From Hemiscyllium ocellatum (lineage: Eukaryota), in assembly GCF_020745735.1 (NCBI RefSeq), contig NC_083409.1, forward strand, positions 6,499,534-6,563,533: 64,000 nucleotides of DNA, read 5' to 3'. The stretch's first letter is position 1. Each line of letters starts with the position of its first letter. The notes below the pieces were generated by a model. The model was not told the DNA's origin. It saw only the letters and a list, made by a program, of their open reading frames with translations, and ran no database searches. Below are positions 1 to 12,299 of the stretch, one piece after another. Both the position numbers and the translations under genes were made by a program.

Positions 1-370
1 TGATGGGTGACCATATAGAGGTTTATAAAATCATGAGCGGCATAGATAGGGTGAACAGAGAAGATCTTTCCTCCAGATTGGGGGAGTCCAGAACTGGAGC
101 GCATAGGCTGAAGGTGACAAGGGAAAGATTTAAAAGGGACCTAAGGGACAACGTTTTCATTCAAAGGGTGTTAAATGTATGGAATGAGCTGCCAGAGGAG
201 GTGGTGAAGGCTGGTACAATTACAACATTTAAAAGGCATGTGTATGTAAATAGGAAGATGTTAAAGGGATATGGGCCAAATAATGGCAAATGGGACTAGA
301 TTAATTTCGGATATCTCGTCAGCATGGACGAGTTGGACCGAAGGGTCTGTTTCTGTGCTGTCCATCTCTC
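1..370 (+). mobile_element. CR1-type LINE 3' end fragment
   Basis: ORF 3..299 translates to the conserved CR1 ORF2 C-terminus (GDHIEVYKIM...VWNELPEEVV...TFKRH), followed by a typical 3' UTR. Confidence 0.85.
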
Positions 371-869
371 TCACTCTAATTGTATTTCAATCCAGCCCTT
401 AATACTTCAGGCTCTCTCAAAGACATTAACACGCAGTTTTGCCTGACAAGCAGTCACAGTCAGTAACGTAGCAGCCAGTTTCTACACAGCAAGATTCCAC
501 TAGAAGCAATGAGATCAAAGAGCAATACTGATGTTGGCTCAACGATAAATATTGGCCTGAACTCAACCCAAAGAGAAAGTAATTTGGTTCAGTTGGATGA
601 AAATGAGGAAATGAAGGTAAAGGAGAAGGCAGGATTGGCAGTTAGTGATGGGATTGACTATTACCAGAAAATAAAAGAAAGGGATGGAATTTTTGAATAT
701 CCTAGGAACCATGAAAGTGCAGGGAAAATCAACAATAGAACAAACACTTTGTATCTAAATTAAGCATTCCGAGTAAGGTCGACAAAGTAATGCCACAAAT
801 CGAGGGAAATTGAGTTTCCAAGGAATTTAAACCAGTTAAAGTGGACAAGGGCTCAGGAAAGGTAATTCA

Positions 870-3725
870 AGTTTCTAGAAGGACAGAGAGTACAGAAAGG
901 ATCATGAATCGAACGTAAAGCACAGAAGATAAGGGGACAATGATGGGAAAGAGGGCAGTCAATGCAGGACTGAGGGTGTTGTACTTAAATGCACACAGTA
1001 TACACAATGAGCTTGTAGTACAGATTGAAACTGGCAGGTACGATGTTGTGGGCATCACAGAAACATGGCTGTAAGGGGATCAGGGCTGGGAACTCAATAT
1101 CCAAGGATCCATGTCCTATCAAAAGGACAGGCAGATGGACCGAGGGGGAAGAGATGCCTTGTTAGCGAGAAATGAAATTAAATCAATAGCAAGAAGTGAT
1201 ATAGAGTCAGAAGGTGTAGAATCTGTCTGGGTTGAGCTGAGGAACTGCAAAAAATAAAGAATCTGATGCAAGGTATGTCAAGGTCTCCAAGCTGTAATCA
1301 GGGTGTGGGGAAGGAAATCAATCAGGAGACAGAAAAGTCGCATACAAAATGTCAGGGCAGACTTGAAGGGATAGTTGGACTGGGTAGCACATCTCAAGGA
1401 AAGGATTTCATGGAATGTCGACGAGTTGGATTTTGGAGCAGCTTGTGGTTGTGCCAATATGGAACAGGCGGTTCTGGATTCAGTGATGTGTATTGAGGCA
1501 AATTTGATTAGTGAGTTTAAGGTTAAAGTATCCCTGTGGATACGTGACAATAATACGATAGAATTCCCCATGTAGTTTGAGAGAGAAGCTGCAATCAGAT
1601 TGAACAGTATTTCAATTGAGTAAAGGTAACTCCAAAGACATGAGGAAGGAGCTCGCCAGAGTTGGTTGGAAGGGGAGCCGAGCAGGTAAGATGGTGTGGC
1701 AGCAAACAGCAGAGTTTCTGGGGTAATTCAGGAAGCAGAGCAGGAATTCATCCCAAAAAAGAAGAAACATACAATGGGGAGGACAAGGCAACCATGGCTT
1801 TTGGGGGAGATCAAGGACAGCATAAAAGCAGAAGGAAAAGCACACAATGTGGTGAAGAATAATGGGAGGCCAGAGGATTAGGAAGACTTTAAAAACCTGC
1901 AGAGGATAACTAAAAAAGCATTAAAAGTGGAGAAGGTGAAATGTGGGAGTTATCTAGCCAGTAATATAAAAGAAGATTGCAGGAGTTTTATCAGGCGTAC
2001 AAAAAGGAAGAGGGAGTCAAAAATAGACTATGGATCACTGGAAAATGAGGCTGGAGAAAGAATAACAGGAAATAAAGGAATAGCGAGGAATTGAATAGAT
2101 ACTTTGCATCAGTCTGCACCATGGAAAACACCAGCATTGTGCCAGTAATTCAAGACTGTCAGGGGTTGGAGGGGAGTGTAGTGGCCATCACTAAGGAGGA
2201 GGTACTGGGGAAGCTGAAAGTTCTGAATGTGGATAACGCACCCAGACTGGACGAACTACACCCGTGTGTTCTGAAGGAGATCACTGAGGAGATTGTGGAG
2301 ACATTGGTGATGATCTTTCAGGAATCAATGGAGTCAGGGTGTCGATGTAGGGTGGGGGCGGATTTGGTGAGGGAAAGGGACAGGAAAATGGCTCACATAC
2401 CACCCCTGTTTCAGAAGGGAGGGAGGTAGAAGATGGGACATAATAGGCCAGTTAGCCAGGACTCAGTTGTTGGTAAGGTTTTAGACTTCAATTTAAGGAT
2501 GAAATTGTAGAGGACTTGGAAGTGCAATGGCTTTATCAAGGAGACGTCATGCCTGGCAAATCTGTTAGAATTCTTTGAAGAGGCAATGAGCCAGTCAGAC
2601 AAAGTAGAGTCCGAGGAAGAAATCTATTTGGATTTCCAGAAGGCATTTGACGTAAGACAAACTCCCACAGTGTTAGGGGCAATGTACTGGCATGGACCGA
2701 GAACTGGCAGGTTGGCATAAAGCAGAGCGTGAGGAACAATGGCCGCTGGTAATGAGTAGAGTTCTGCAGGTGTCAATGTTAGGACCATAACTATTCACGT
2801 TATACATTAACAATCTGGATGAAGGAAGTGAAGACATTGTTGCTAAGTTTGCAGACGACATGTGATAGGTGGAGGAGCAGGTAGTGTTGAACGAGTGGGA
2901 AAGCTGTAAAAGCTCCTGGATAGGCTCGGAGAGTGGGCAAAGAAGTGGCAGATAGAATACAATGTATTACAATGTGAGGTTATGCACTTTGGGAGGAAGA
3001 AGAGATACAAAGACTGTTTTACAAATAAGGAAAGCCTTTGGAAATCTAAAGCATTAACCTCATTCAGGTTTCCCTTCAGGTTAACAGGCAGGTCCAGTTT
3101 GTGCTTGGAAAGGCAAATGAAACGATAGCATTCATTTCAATAGGGCCAGAATACAAGAGCAGTGATGTACTGCTGAGGCTGTGTAAGGCTCTTGTCAGAT
3201 TACATTTGGAATTTTGTGAGCAGATTTGGGACTCATATTCTAAGAAACAATGTGCTGGCATTGGAGGGGTTTACAAGAATGATCCTTGGAATGAAAGGCT
3301 TGTCGTATGAGGCGTGGTTGAGGACACTGTGTCTGTACTCGATGGAGTTTAGAAGGATGAGGAGTCATCTTATTGAAATTTGCAGAATACTGATCGGCCC
3401 GGAGAGAGTGGATGCAGAGAAGATGTTTCCAAAAACAGGAGAGACTAGGTAACCAAGGCACAGCCTCAGAATGAAGGGACAATCTTTCGAGCTGAGATGA
3501 GGAGGACTTTCTTCAGCCAGAGGCTGGTGAATCTGTGGAACTCATTGTTACAGAGGGCAGGGAGGCCAAGTCACTGAGTGTATTTAAGACAGAGATAGAT
3601 AGGTTTGTGATTGTTAAGGGGATGGAAAGTTCCTGTGGAGCAAGCAGGAGAATGGGGGTGAGAAGCATATCTGCCAAGGTCAAATGGCAGAGCAGATTCA
3701 ATGGGCTGAATGGCTGATTTCTGCT
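870..3725 (+). mobile_element. Decayed CR1 LINE ORF2 (APE endonuclease + reverse transcriptase) with 3' UTR
   Basis: Frameshifted fragments of APE (YDVVGITETW), RT (DFQKAFD, KFADD) and the C-terminal region (YKSSDVLLRLCKALVRLHLEFC). Confidence 0.85.
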
Positions 3726-6360
3726 CCTATTTGTTAAAGTCTTCTGGAGAGTTTCCCCAAAACCCTGGAACACTGAACCCACTGGACTGTGAGCCCTGCT
3801 GTAGCTGTTTGTCATCAGACCTTTGCCAATAGACAACGAAAGAGTGGAGAGAGTGTGCATCCATGTGGGAATTTCAGAATACTTCCCAGTTGCTGGAATA
3901 CCATGAGTGCAGGAACTGTGGTCAGTGACAGCAGTTGGAGCTCCGGGTGTCGGAGCTTGAGCAGCAGCTGGTGTCAGTGCGGAGGGTCCGTGAGGCTGAG
4001 AGCTTCGGGGAGAGCACGTTTCTAGATGTGGTCACTCTGCAGATTCAGAGTATGCAGGGAGATAGGGAATGGGGGAACAGCACACAGTCCAAAAGGACCA
4101 GCCAGCTGGTAGAGGAATCCTCTGAGTGTATTCCACTCTCCAACCAGGATTCAGTTTGGAATCTTGATGAGAATGATGGCTCATCTGGGGAGTGCAGCCA
4201 GAGCCAAGTCCATGGCACCACTGCTAGCTCAGCTGTATTGGGGAGGGGATGGTGGAGATGGTGGTATAAGGAAGACTGGAAGAGTGACTGTGAAACGAGA
4301 TTCGAGAGTGAGGGCATCGATAGGTGTTTCTGCAGCTGCAGATGGGAATCCAGGATGGTGTGTTGTCTCCCTGGTGCCAGGGTGAAGGATGTCACTGAGC
4401 GACTGCAGAGCACCCTGAGGGGAGACGAGGACAAGCAGCAGTAGTGGTCCACATTGGTCCCAGTGACAGAGGGAGAAAAGGGATGTAATCCTGCCGTCAG
4501 AATTTAGGGAGCTCAGAAGGGAAATAACATCAGGAACTCAAAAGTAGGAATCTTCAGATTACTCACAGTGCCCCACGCAATTGAGAAGAGGAGCAGGAGG
4601 ATAACTCAAGTGACTGTGGGGCTGGAAAGAAGATCCAGGAGGGAGGGTTTTAGATTCTTGTGACATTGGGACTGGATCTGGGGGAGATGGGACCTGGATA
4701 GACCAGACAGCGTTACTCCTGAACAGAGCTGGCACTGAGCTCCTTTGAGGTGATCTACTCGTGCTGTTGGAGAGGGTTTAAGTTAACTTGGCAGGGCTGT
4801 GGGAGCCAGGAGGGACTGTCAGAGAGGAACACCAAGGTCCACAGAATCATCAGTGCAGTCAATAAGTCACCACCCAGTGGGAAGTATTTAGAGGAATACA
4901 TTTGCAAGAAATTTACAGAGACCTGCAAATATAATAGTCATTATAAATGGGATATGGGGGGATGTCTTTAATTTCTGAATACAGACTGGGTTAGTAGCAG
5001 TGTGAAGGACAGAGAGGGGCCAGAGTCGTGAGAGTGTGTCCACGTGAATTTTCTGTAGCTGCATGCTTCCAGCCCAATGAGAAAGGAGGCTCTGCTAGAT
5101 CTGGATTTTGGGAATGAGGAGGCCCAAGTGGATCACGTGTCAGTGAGAGGACACTTAAGGAAGAGTGATCATTGTATCACAAAGTTGAGGGTGACGGTAG
5201 AAAAGACCAAAGTCCTTTTCAGGGTCAAACATCTTCACTGGGGAAAATGCCAGCTTCTATAGGATATGGATGGATCGGATCTGAATAAAGTAGGATCAAA
5301 GGTTGGCAGGAAAGTCCTGAAAAGAATAGTAGAGGATGTGGACCAGGTATAGTCGAGATACATTTGAAGGAGGGCAAACAATTCCTGAACTTACTCAAGG
5401 GCAAAAGTGGTAGAATTATGGTAAATAAGAAAAGGGCAAAAGAGTAACTAGAGAGAGAATAGGGCCCCATGAAGATGAACAATGTACTTCTGGGTGGATC
5501 CACAGGAAATGGTTTAGGTCGTAAATGAAATTCCAGGTCGGTATTTATCATGGAGAAAGACATGGAAATTTGGGAAATGGGAAGTAATTGGCAAAGGCTT
5601 GACACAAGTCCACATTACAGAAGAGGATTTCTTAAAGTGCAAGACAGTAGATAAATCTCCAGGTGTATCCCAGGACATTGTGGAAAGCTAGGAAAGAGAT
5701 TACCGGACCCCTTGCTGAGGTATGTTTCTGATTGACAGCCATGAGTGAGGTTCTGGAGAACCAGAGAGGTTGGCTAATGTTAGCCATTGTTTAAGAAAGG
5801 CTGTAAGGAAAAGCCAGGGAACTATAAACCAGTGAGCCTGATGTCATTGCTGGGTAAGTTATTGGAATGAATTCTGAGGGACAGGATTTACATGCATTTG
5901 GACAATCAATGCAGTTTTGTGCATGGTAATCGTGTCTCACTAACATGTTTGAGATTCTTTGAAGAGAAGATTGATGTAGGCAGAACAGTAGACACTGTCT
6001 ATCTGGACTTCAGCAAAGCATTTGACAAGGTTCCACATGATAGACTGATTAGTAAGCTGAGGCCACATGGGGTCCGGGGGAGCTAGCCATTTGGGTAAAA
6101 AAAAACTTCAAGATAGGAGACAAAGAGTGGTGGTAAAGAGTTGCTTTTCCGACTGGCGATCAGATGTCAGCTATGTACCACAATGATTCGTCCATGGCTT
6201 TTCATCATTTAAATAAATGATTTGGATGTGAATATAGGAATTATGGCGAGTTTGTAAATGACACCAAAATTGGTGGTACAGTGGATAGTGAAGAAGCTTA
6301 TCTGAGAGTACAGTGGGACCTTAATCATTTGGGGAAATGGGCAAAGGTGTGGCAAATGGA

Positions 6361-6573
6361 CAAAAGTGCGGACTGCAGATGCTGGAAACCAGAGTTTAGA
6401 TCAGAGTGGTGCTGGAAAAGCACAGCATGTCAGGCAGCAACTGAGGAGCAGAAAAATCGATGTTTCAGCTAGAGGAATCCTGATGAAGGGCTTCTGCCCG
6501 AAACGTCGATTTTTTCTGCTCCTCGGATGTTGCCTGACCTGCTGTGCTTTTACAGCACCACTCTGATCTAAAC
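6361..6573. mobile_element. Penelope-like (PLE)-derived fold-back element, family 1, inserted in CR1 RT
   Basis: Inverted arms span 6394-6573 (gtttagatcagagtggtgctggaaaagcacagc ... gctgtgcttttacagcaccactctgatctaaac). Flanked by a near-duplicated 14-mer: gtgtggcaaatgga (6347-6360) and gtgtgacaaatgta (6574-6587), 12/14 identical. The PLE assignment comes from the hammerhead motif. Confidence 0.7.
6474..6513 (+). ncRNA. Minimal type I hammerhead ribozyme motif, intact core
   Basis: GGAAUC-CUGAUGA-A-GGGC[UUCU]GCCC-GAAA-CGU-C^GAUUUU. It has the core CUGAUGA and GAAA, a 4-bp stem II, a GUC cleavage triplet, and stem I GGAAUC:GAUUUU. Activity is untested. Confidence 0.75.
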
Positions 6574-7603
6574 GTGTGACAAATGTAGTTCAATTTAGGT
6601 AAATGTGAGATGTTGCATTTTGGAAAGTCAAACCAGGGTAGGACTTATACTGTTAATGGTGGGTCCCTGTGGAGTGTTGCTCAACAAAGTGACCTAGGGG
6701 TGCAAGGGCAGGGGCAGGTGCAAGGTCATTATTCCTTGACAGTGGGGTCACAGGGAGATGAAGAAGGTGTTGGGTACACTTGCCTTTATTGGGCACTGCA
6801 CTAAGTATCAGAGTTGGGACAGCATTTGCAGCTGCACAGGAAATTTGGGAATAATGTGAACAATTCAGATCATCCTGTGATTGGAAGGATGCTGTTAAAC
6901 TTAAAATTCTGCAGAAAAGATTTACATGGATGCTATATGGAGAGTTTCAGCTGTCACAAGAGGCTCAATAGACGGGTCATTTTTCTGCAGGATCGGAGAC
7001 TGAGGGGTGGCCTTATAGATGTTTATAAAATCATGACGGGCATGGACAGGCTATACATCCCAGGTCTTTGCCTTGGGAAAGGGAATCCAAAACGAGAGAG
7101 TATAGGTTTAAGATGAGAGGCAAAAGATCCAAAAGGGACCTGAGGGGTAACTTGTCACACAGAGGGTGGTGCATGTACGAGTCGAGCTGTCAGAGAAAGT
7201 GCTGGAGACGGATACAATTATAAAATGTAAAAGATGTTTGGATGGGACATGAATAGGAAGGGTTTAGAGGGATGCGGGCGAAATGCTGGCTAATGGGATG
7301 AGGTCAGTTTTGGATGTCTAGTTAGCATGGAGACGTTAGCCTGAAAGATCTGTTTCCACGCTGTATGACTCCATGACAGTTAGAGGCTGGAAAAGCTGAG
7401 ATCTCTTACCCTGAAGTGCCGGAGGCTGAGGAGTGACCTTATCGAGGTTTATAAAATCATGAGGGACATAAATAAAGTGAATAATGCAGGAAGGAGGTGA
7501 ATGTTTTGTAGAGCTGGCAAACATATGCACGAATATCATTCCAGGTATGAGGATTATCAGTTATGAAGATAGATTGGAGAATTTGTGACTGTCTTCGATG
7601 GAG

Positions 7604-7804
7604 AAAGTTATAGATCGCACAACATCAGGTTATAGTCCAACAGGTTAATGTGGAAACACGAGCTTTCGGAGCACCCCTCCTTCCTCAAATGGTTGTCAGC
7701 GGTGCTCCAAAAGCTAGTGCTTCAAAATAAACCCCCTGTTGGACTATAACCTGGTGTTGTGTGATTTTTAACTTTGCCCACCCCAGCCCAAAACCGGCAC
7801 CTCC
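7604..7804. mobile_element. PLE-derived fold-back element, family 2, with hammerhead-like motif on minus strand (7657-7691)
   Basis: Inverted arms (cacaacatcaggttatagtccaacagg ... cctgttggactataacctggtgttgtg). Minus strand reads CAU-UUGAGGA-A-GGAG[GGGUG]CUCC-GAAA-GCU-C^GUG. Absent at the homologous position near 38800. Confidence 0.65.
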
Positions 7805-7809
7805 AAGTC

Positions 7810-8200
7810 TTAGGAGAAGGCAGCGAGGAGAATTGTCCCAGAAATTCAAAATCAGGAGGGGCCTGGAACAGAGTAAATAGGGAAAAAATGGTTCCACTTC
7901 TGAAAGGATTGAGACTGAAAGGCCACAGATTGAAAGTAATTGGAAAAGTAAGAAAAGTGAGATGGGGAACAACATTTCAGCCAGTGGGTGGTTAAGGTGT
8001 GGAATGCACTGCCTGAGAGTGTGGTGGAGACAGCTTCAATTGAAGTATTCCGAAGGGAATGAGACTGTTATTTGAAAAGGAACAATGTGCAGGGTGACAG
8101 GGAGAAGGCAGGAGAATGACACTCAGTGAATTGCTCATTCGGAGAGTTAATCCAGATAGAATGGACGGAATGGCCTCCTTGTGCACTGTAACAGTTCTGT
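7810..8200 (+). mobile_element. CR1 3' end fragment shared with cluster B (homologous to ~38800-39200)
   Basis: LRLKGHRLKVIGK...VWNALPESVVE motif; colinear with the 38860-39200 sequence. Confidence 0.7.
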
Positions 8201-8634
8201 GATTGTGTGATTGAGCAGAGTTAAACCTGGGGGAGGTGGGAGCTCGGTGTCTCACTGTGCTGCTGCTGCTGCTGAGGTCAGTGAGAACAGAGACCTGGAC
8301 AGGGAGCCAGAGCTCACATCAAACTCTGCCCAGTATCTGTCACACTGAGACTGGCAGGAGGCTACTCACTGATTTCACTCCATGCTGCAGGAATGGGACC
8401 ACAGGCTGCAAATGGACATAGCTCCTTCACACGGTGAGCAAAACCTACCGACTTATATCTTGCTTTTTTTTTAAAGAGGGCATGAAAGTTAAGAAATACA
8501 GCTGGACACCCTGTTAGACACTGCTCCTCAATCAAACATTTCATTCCCACTAACATCTTCGACAAATCAGCAACTGTATTTTCGAAAGTTCCAGTATTGA
8601 CAGGGTTAATAACAGAGGATTGAGGTTTACTTAC

Positions 8635-8669
8635 TCAGTCTGAGCTTCGTTCCTTTACCAAACGTAAGC
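8635..8669 (-). CDS. IGKJ: Ig kappa-type J segment, cluster A (LTFGKGTKLRL)
   Basis: FGxG motif, phase-1 donor CTGA|GTAAGT at 8635/8634, and a 23-RSS directly upstream. Confidence 0.92.
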
Positions 8670-8708
8670 CAAAGTGAGAGCTCCCAGTGCAGAGGCTGTA
8701 CAAAAACC
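8670..8708 (+). other. 23-bp-spacer recombination signal of J with defective heptamer
   Basis: CAAAGTG (8670-8676; consensus CACAGTG), exactly 23 nt, then the perfect nonamer ACAAAAACC (8700-8708). Confidence 0.9.
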
Positions 8709-9141
8709 TCAGCTCTCTGCTTCCCTCTTGTCACTGTCAACCTCTCTGTCTCTGTCTGTCTCTCACTCACTCTCACCCTCTCCCTGCCCCTCTCTGTCTC
8801 TCCCTCATTCATATGGCTTTCTCTCTGTCTCTCTGGATTGTTTCCCGCTGGGCTCGGGAGGTTTGTGAAATTTATTTTTCGATTTTAAATCTTGCAGCTG
8901 CTCTTCACATGTGGCCATGTAGTGTAAGAGGGAAACTAGAGTCCTTCAGTGAGCGTTGAAACACCAAGGGATTGGAGTGTGTCGTGGACAGTGGCAATCC
9001 GAGTTTGGGGTAATTTGATCAGTTTTATTGAGATCTAACTGTGGATATATCAGTTCAGGCAGTAAGACTGTGTGTCCATTATTATACATTTTATGAAACT
9101 GTGGGATGGGTCAGTACAGGAGGTAGTGCCTTATGTATTGA

Positions 9142-9169
9142 CGTTTTTGTACAGCTCTGTGTCACTGTG
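9142..9169 (-). other. 12-bp-spacer recombination signal of V
   Basis: CACAGTG + ACACAGAGCTGT (12 nt) + ACAAAAACG. V with 12-RSS and J with 23-RSS is the kappa arrangement. Confidence 0.93.
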
Positions 9170-9702
9170 TAGGGGGAGCTGTAATCCTGCTGACCGTAAT
9201 AGTCAGCGACATCCTCATTCTGAACGTTGCTGATTTTCAGGGTGAATCTGGTCCCTGATCCACTGCCGGTGAATCGATCGGAGACTCCTGTGAATCGAGT
9301 TGCGGCATTGTAAATCAGGAGAGAGGGTTTCTGACCTTCTCGCTGCTGGTACCAAGCAAGGTAGCTGCTAATGCTTTGACTGGACGTACAGGTGATGGTT
9401 GCGGTCTGGCCCAGTCCCACTGACAGCATCGGCTTAGACTGAGTCAAGATGATGTCTCCACTGATACCTGAGGGGTCAGAGAGAAACACAGAGAAGTCAG
9501 AAATGTCACAGAAAGAGCCTGTCAAATGAGAGATTGTTGGAGACTCTGAGTATTCCTCTGGTTTCAGCATTTTCCCTTCAATCACAAGTCAGTGGAATTG
9601 GAGTGAAATGGAGAGCAGCTAAAGATTCAAGGTGGAAGGAGAGAGATTTGTACCTGTGACACAGAATGCCAGGGGTCAGACCAGCTGGATGTGTGAAATC
9701 AT
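9170..9702 (-). pseudogene. IGKV: Unrearranged Ig kappa-type V pseudogene (leader exon 9654-9702, V exon 9170-9467)
   Basis: V exon DIILTQS...[19 protein letters not shown]...EDVADYYG. Leader codon 9 is TGA (9676-9678; TGG in the paralog) and the second conserved Cys is Gly. GT/AG splice sites are intact. Confidence 0.9.
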
Positions 9703-9762
9703 GGTGTGTGCTCCTGTCCCTGTGCCTGGTTCCTGATAAACTCTCCCTTCACTGGGCTCTGC

Positions 9763-9859
9763 TTTATAAAGCTGCAGCCTGTGAGAGTCTGACTGGGTGT
9801 TCCTCAGTATGTAAATGGCATCAGGCAGAGAGAGCCACGTCAGCCCCTCACACTTCCTC
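9763..9859 (-). promoter_or_regulatory. V promoter, cluster A
   Basis: TTTATAAA 9763-9770, octamer variant ATTTACAT 9809-9816, TGACGTGG 9835-9842, GAGGAAGTG 9851-9859. All four are conserved in the cluster B promoter. Confidence 0.7.
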
Positions 9860-10899
9860 TTCTGTCTCTCTCTATCTCACTGTCTCTGTCCCAGAGTCAT
9901 TGATGTGAACAGCACTGAATGAGGCCATTTTGTCCATTGTGTCTGTGCTGGTAAAAAAAATCTGATGACACTAATCCCATCCTCCAGCTCTTGGTCCATT
10001 ACCCTGGAGGCTACAGCAACACAAGGGAATATCTAAACACTGCTCCAATGTCACGAGAGTTTGTGACTCAACCAGCCTTTCAGGCAGTGAGTTCCCAATT
10101 CCCACCACCCTCTGGGGGAAAACATTTCTTCTCAACTCTCCTCTCAATCTCTAAATCGCCTGGCCATGTACTCACTCGTGTTCAGAATGATGAGAGGGGA
10201 TCTGATTGAAACATATAAAATTGTAACAGGGCTGGGCAGGGAGGAGGTTTCCCCTGGTTGAGGAGTCTGGAACCAGGAGACACAGGCTCAGGGGGACATA
10301 GGGTAGACCATGTAGGACTAAGATGAAACATTCTATCACTCAGAGGGTGGTCAACCTGTGGAATGCGCTACCACTGAAAGCTGTGGAGGATAAGAAACTG
10401 AATATATTCAAGAAAGAGAGACAGATAATTGTTTTGCACTTTAACAGCTTGAAGAGAATGGGGAGAAGGCAGGAATATGGCTTTGAGATGGAGGATCAGC
10501 TAAAGATCATAGAATGCCTACAGTGTGGAAACAGGCCATTTGGCCCGACAAGCCCACATTGACCCTCGAAGAAATGAAGACATTCAAAAATTGATACAGC
10601 CATGATCATACTGAATGACAGAGCAGACTCAAAGGGCCAAAAGGCCTACTGCTGCTCCAAGTTTCTACGTGTCCATGTCTGTGTTATTTACAATCTCTGT
10701 ACCAGGTTATTAAGTCCTTTACTCACGTAAAAAGTGCTATCCTACCCACCCTATCACTGTTCTGAATAATCTTATCCCTCTCTATCAGGTCCCTTTTAAG
10801 ACTTCACTGCTCAATGCTCACATTCCAGCAGCATCCTGGGAAATCTCCCCTGTATCCTCTCAGTTACAATCGCATTCTTCCCAGAGTGTGCTTGCCAGG

Positions 10900-10900
10900 T

Positions 10901-10970
<70 letters not shown>

Positions 10971-11513
10971 AATTCTGCCATTTATTTTTCTCTACCTCTA
11001 TCTCTCTCTCACACTGTTAATCTTTTTCATGTTCTCTCCATCTCTCTCTCTATCACACACACTGTCTCATAGCCACTCTCTCCAACTCACTGATGCTTTC
11101 TCACTCTATCTTATCATCTGTTTCTCCATCTCTCATTGTCTCTGTTACTCGCTCCCTCTCTCAATTCAATTAAAAGTCTCCAATTGTTATCTGTCACTCG
11201 CTATTCTTCCCTCTTTCTCTCTCCTTCCCTCTCTACCTCCCAATTTACAGTCTCTATCCCTCTCTGTGTCATTATAAATCTACCCATACTCATCTCTCTC
11301 TCTCACACTCAACCCTACCCTCCCTCTAAACTCTCATCATGCTTAGTCTCACACCCATCCTGTCTCTTACTCTGTCTCTCCTTGCACCTTTGTCTCTCTC
11401 CATCCCTCTGAGGCACACTATCTCACATCTTGTTTCTCTCTCTATCCCTCAACCTCACCATTTCTACCTCCCTCTACCTCTCTCTTGGCCCCCTCACATA
11501 TCTTACACCGTAT
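10900..11513. repeat. (CT)n microsatellite and CT-rich low-complexity tract
   Basis: Perfect (CT)n run at about 10905-10965, followed by degenerate polypyrimidine sequence up to the gap. Confidence 0.9.
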
Positions 11514-11685
11514 NNNNNNNNNNNNNNNNNNNNNNNNNNNNNNNNNNNNNNNNNNNNNNNNNNNNNNNNNNNNNNNNNNNNNNNNNNNNNNNNNNNNNNN
11601 NNNNNNNNNNNNNNNNNNNNNNNNNNNNNNNNNNNNNNNNNNNNNNNNNNNNNNNNNNNNNNNNNNNNNNNNNNNNNNNNNNNNN
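11514..11685. other. Assembly gap (172 N)
   Basis: Run of N. Confidence 1.
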
Positions 11686-12299
11686 TCTCTGTCTCACTGC
11701 TCTCTCTTTCTGACAGTGTCCTGGGTGGTGACAGTTGAATGCAGGGTAAATCTCCATCTGCTCTGCCCCACTAATCGATGGTAACCTTTGACCCCTGTCT
11801 TCTCCTGGAGTAAGGCCCTATTTCACGTTGACCAGGGTTTGGCCTCTCTCAGGAAGATGGACAGATCCTTGTCAAATGAAGCGCAGTTCTGTGCTGTTCT
11901 GTGCTGTTGGCCTATTCTCACTGGGGACTGGTTTGGACACAAACCTCATTCCATGAAGGCCTAGCAGAGAGAGGAGATCGTCAGATCATCAGCGTGAGTG
12001 GGAGGGACAAGACAGGCTCTGACCACTGACCCATCCTGTCCATTCTCAACATGTTCCAATCCCTTCCCCTCTCCTTCCCGTTCCATGATCAGTCTTTTCT
12101 GAAGTGGAGTGGTCCTTTCCCTTTCTCACACAAGGAGGAGATGAACAAATATTTAATGTATAATGGGTTAAAGGATGATGGAAAGTGGGCAGGAAAGTGG
12201 AGTTGAGTGTGAGATGGGATCAGCCATGATTGTTTTAAATAGTGGAGTGGGCTTGAGGAGCTGAATTGCCTGCTCCTGCTCCTAGTTCTGATGTTCCGC

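Larger units (their letters stand above)
3860..7370 (+). mobile_element. Decayed CR1 LINE including ORF1 (coiled coil + SGNH/esterase-like) and a deleted ORF2
   Basis: ORF 3935..4444 has LRVSELEQQL and MVCCLPGARVKDVTERLQ..VVVHIG, typical of CR1 ORF1 esterase. Downstream RT motifs include YLDFSKAFDKVPH. Interrupted by an insertion at 6361-6573. Confidence 0.8.

Noticed and set aside
8253-8259. Lone perfect heptamer in the J-C intron (also 39244-39250), resembling the mammalian kappa intron RSS used with KDE
   Set aside because: No nonamer at 12 or 23 nt, and no partner 23-RSS found downstream of C. A 7-mer is expected by chance, and its presence in both clusters follows from the duplication.
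1-8634. Constant exon for cluster A
   Set aside because: None seen. The J-C distance in cluster B is 11.3 kb, so it would be expected left of the window.
9091-9585. ORF-track N-terminus MIEGKMLK… (also 39633..40088) as real protein start
   Set aside because: It is translated intron sequence; the true start is the separate leader exon.
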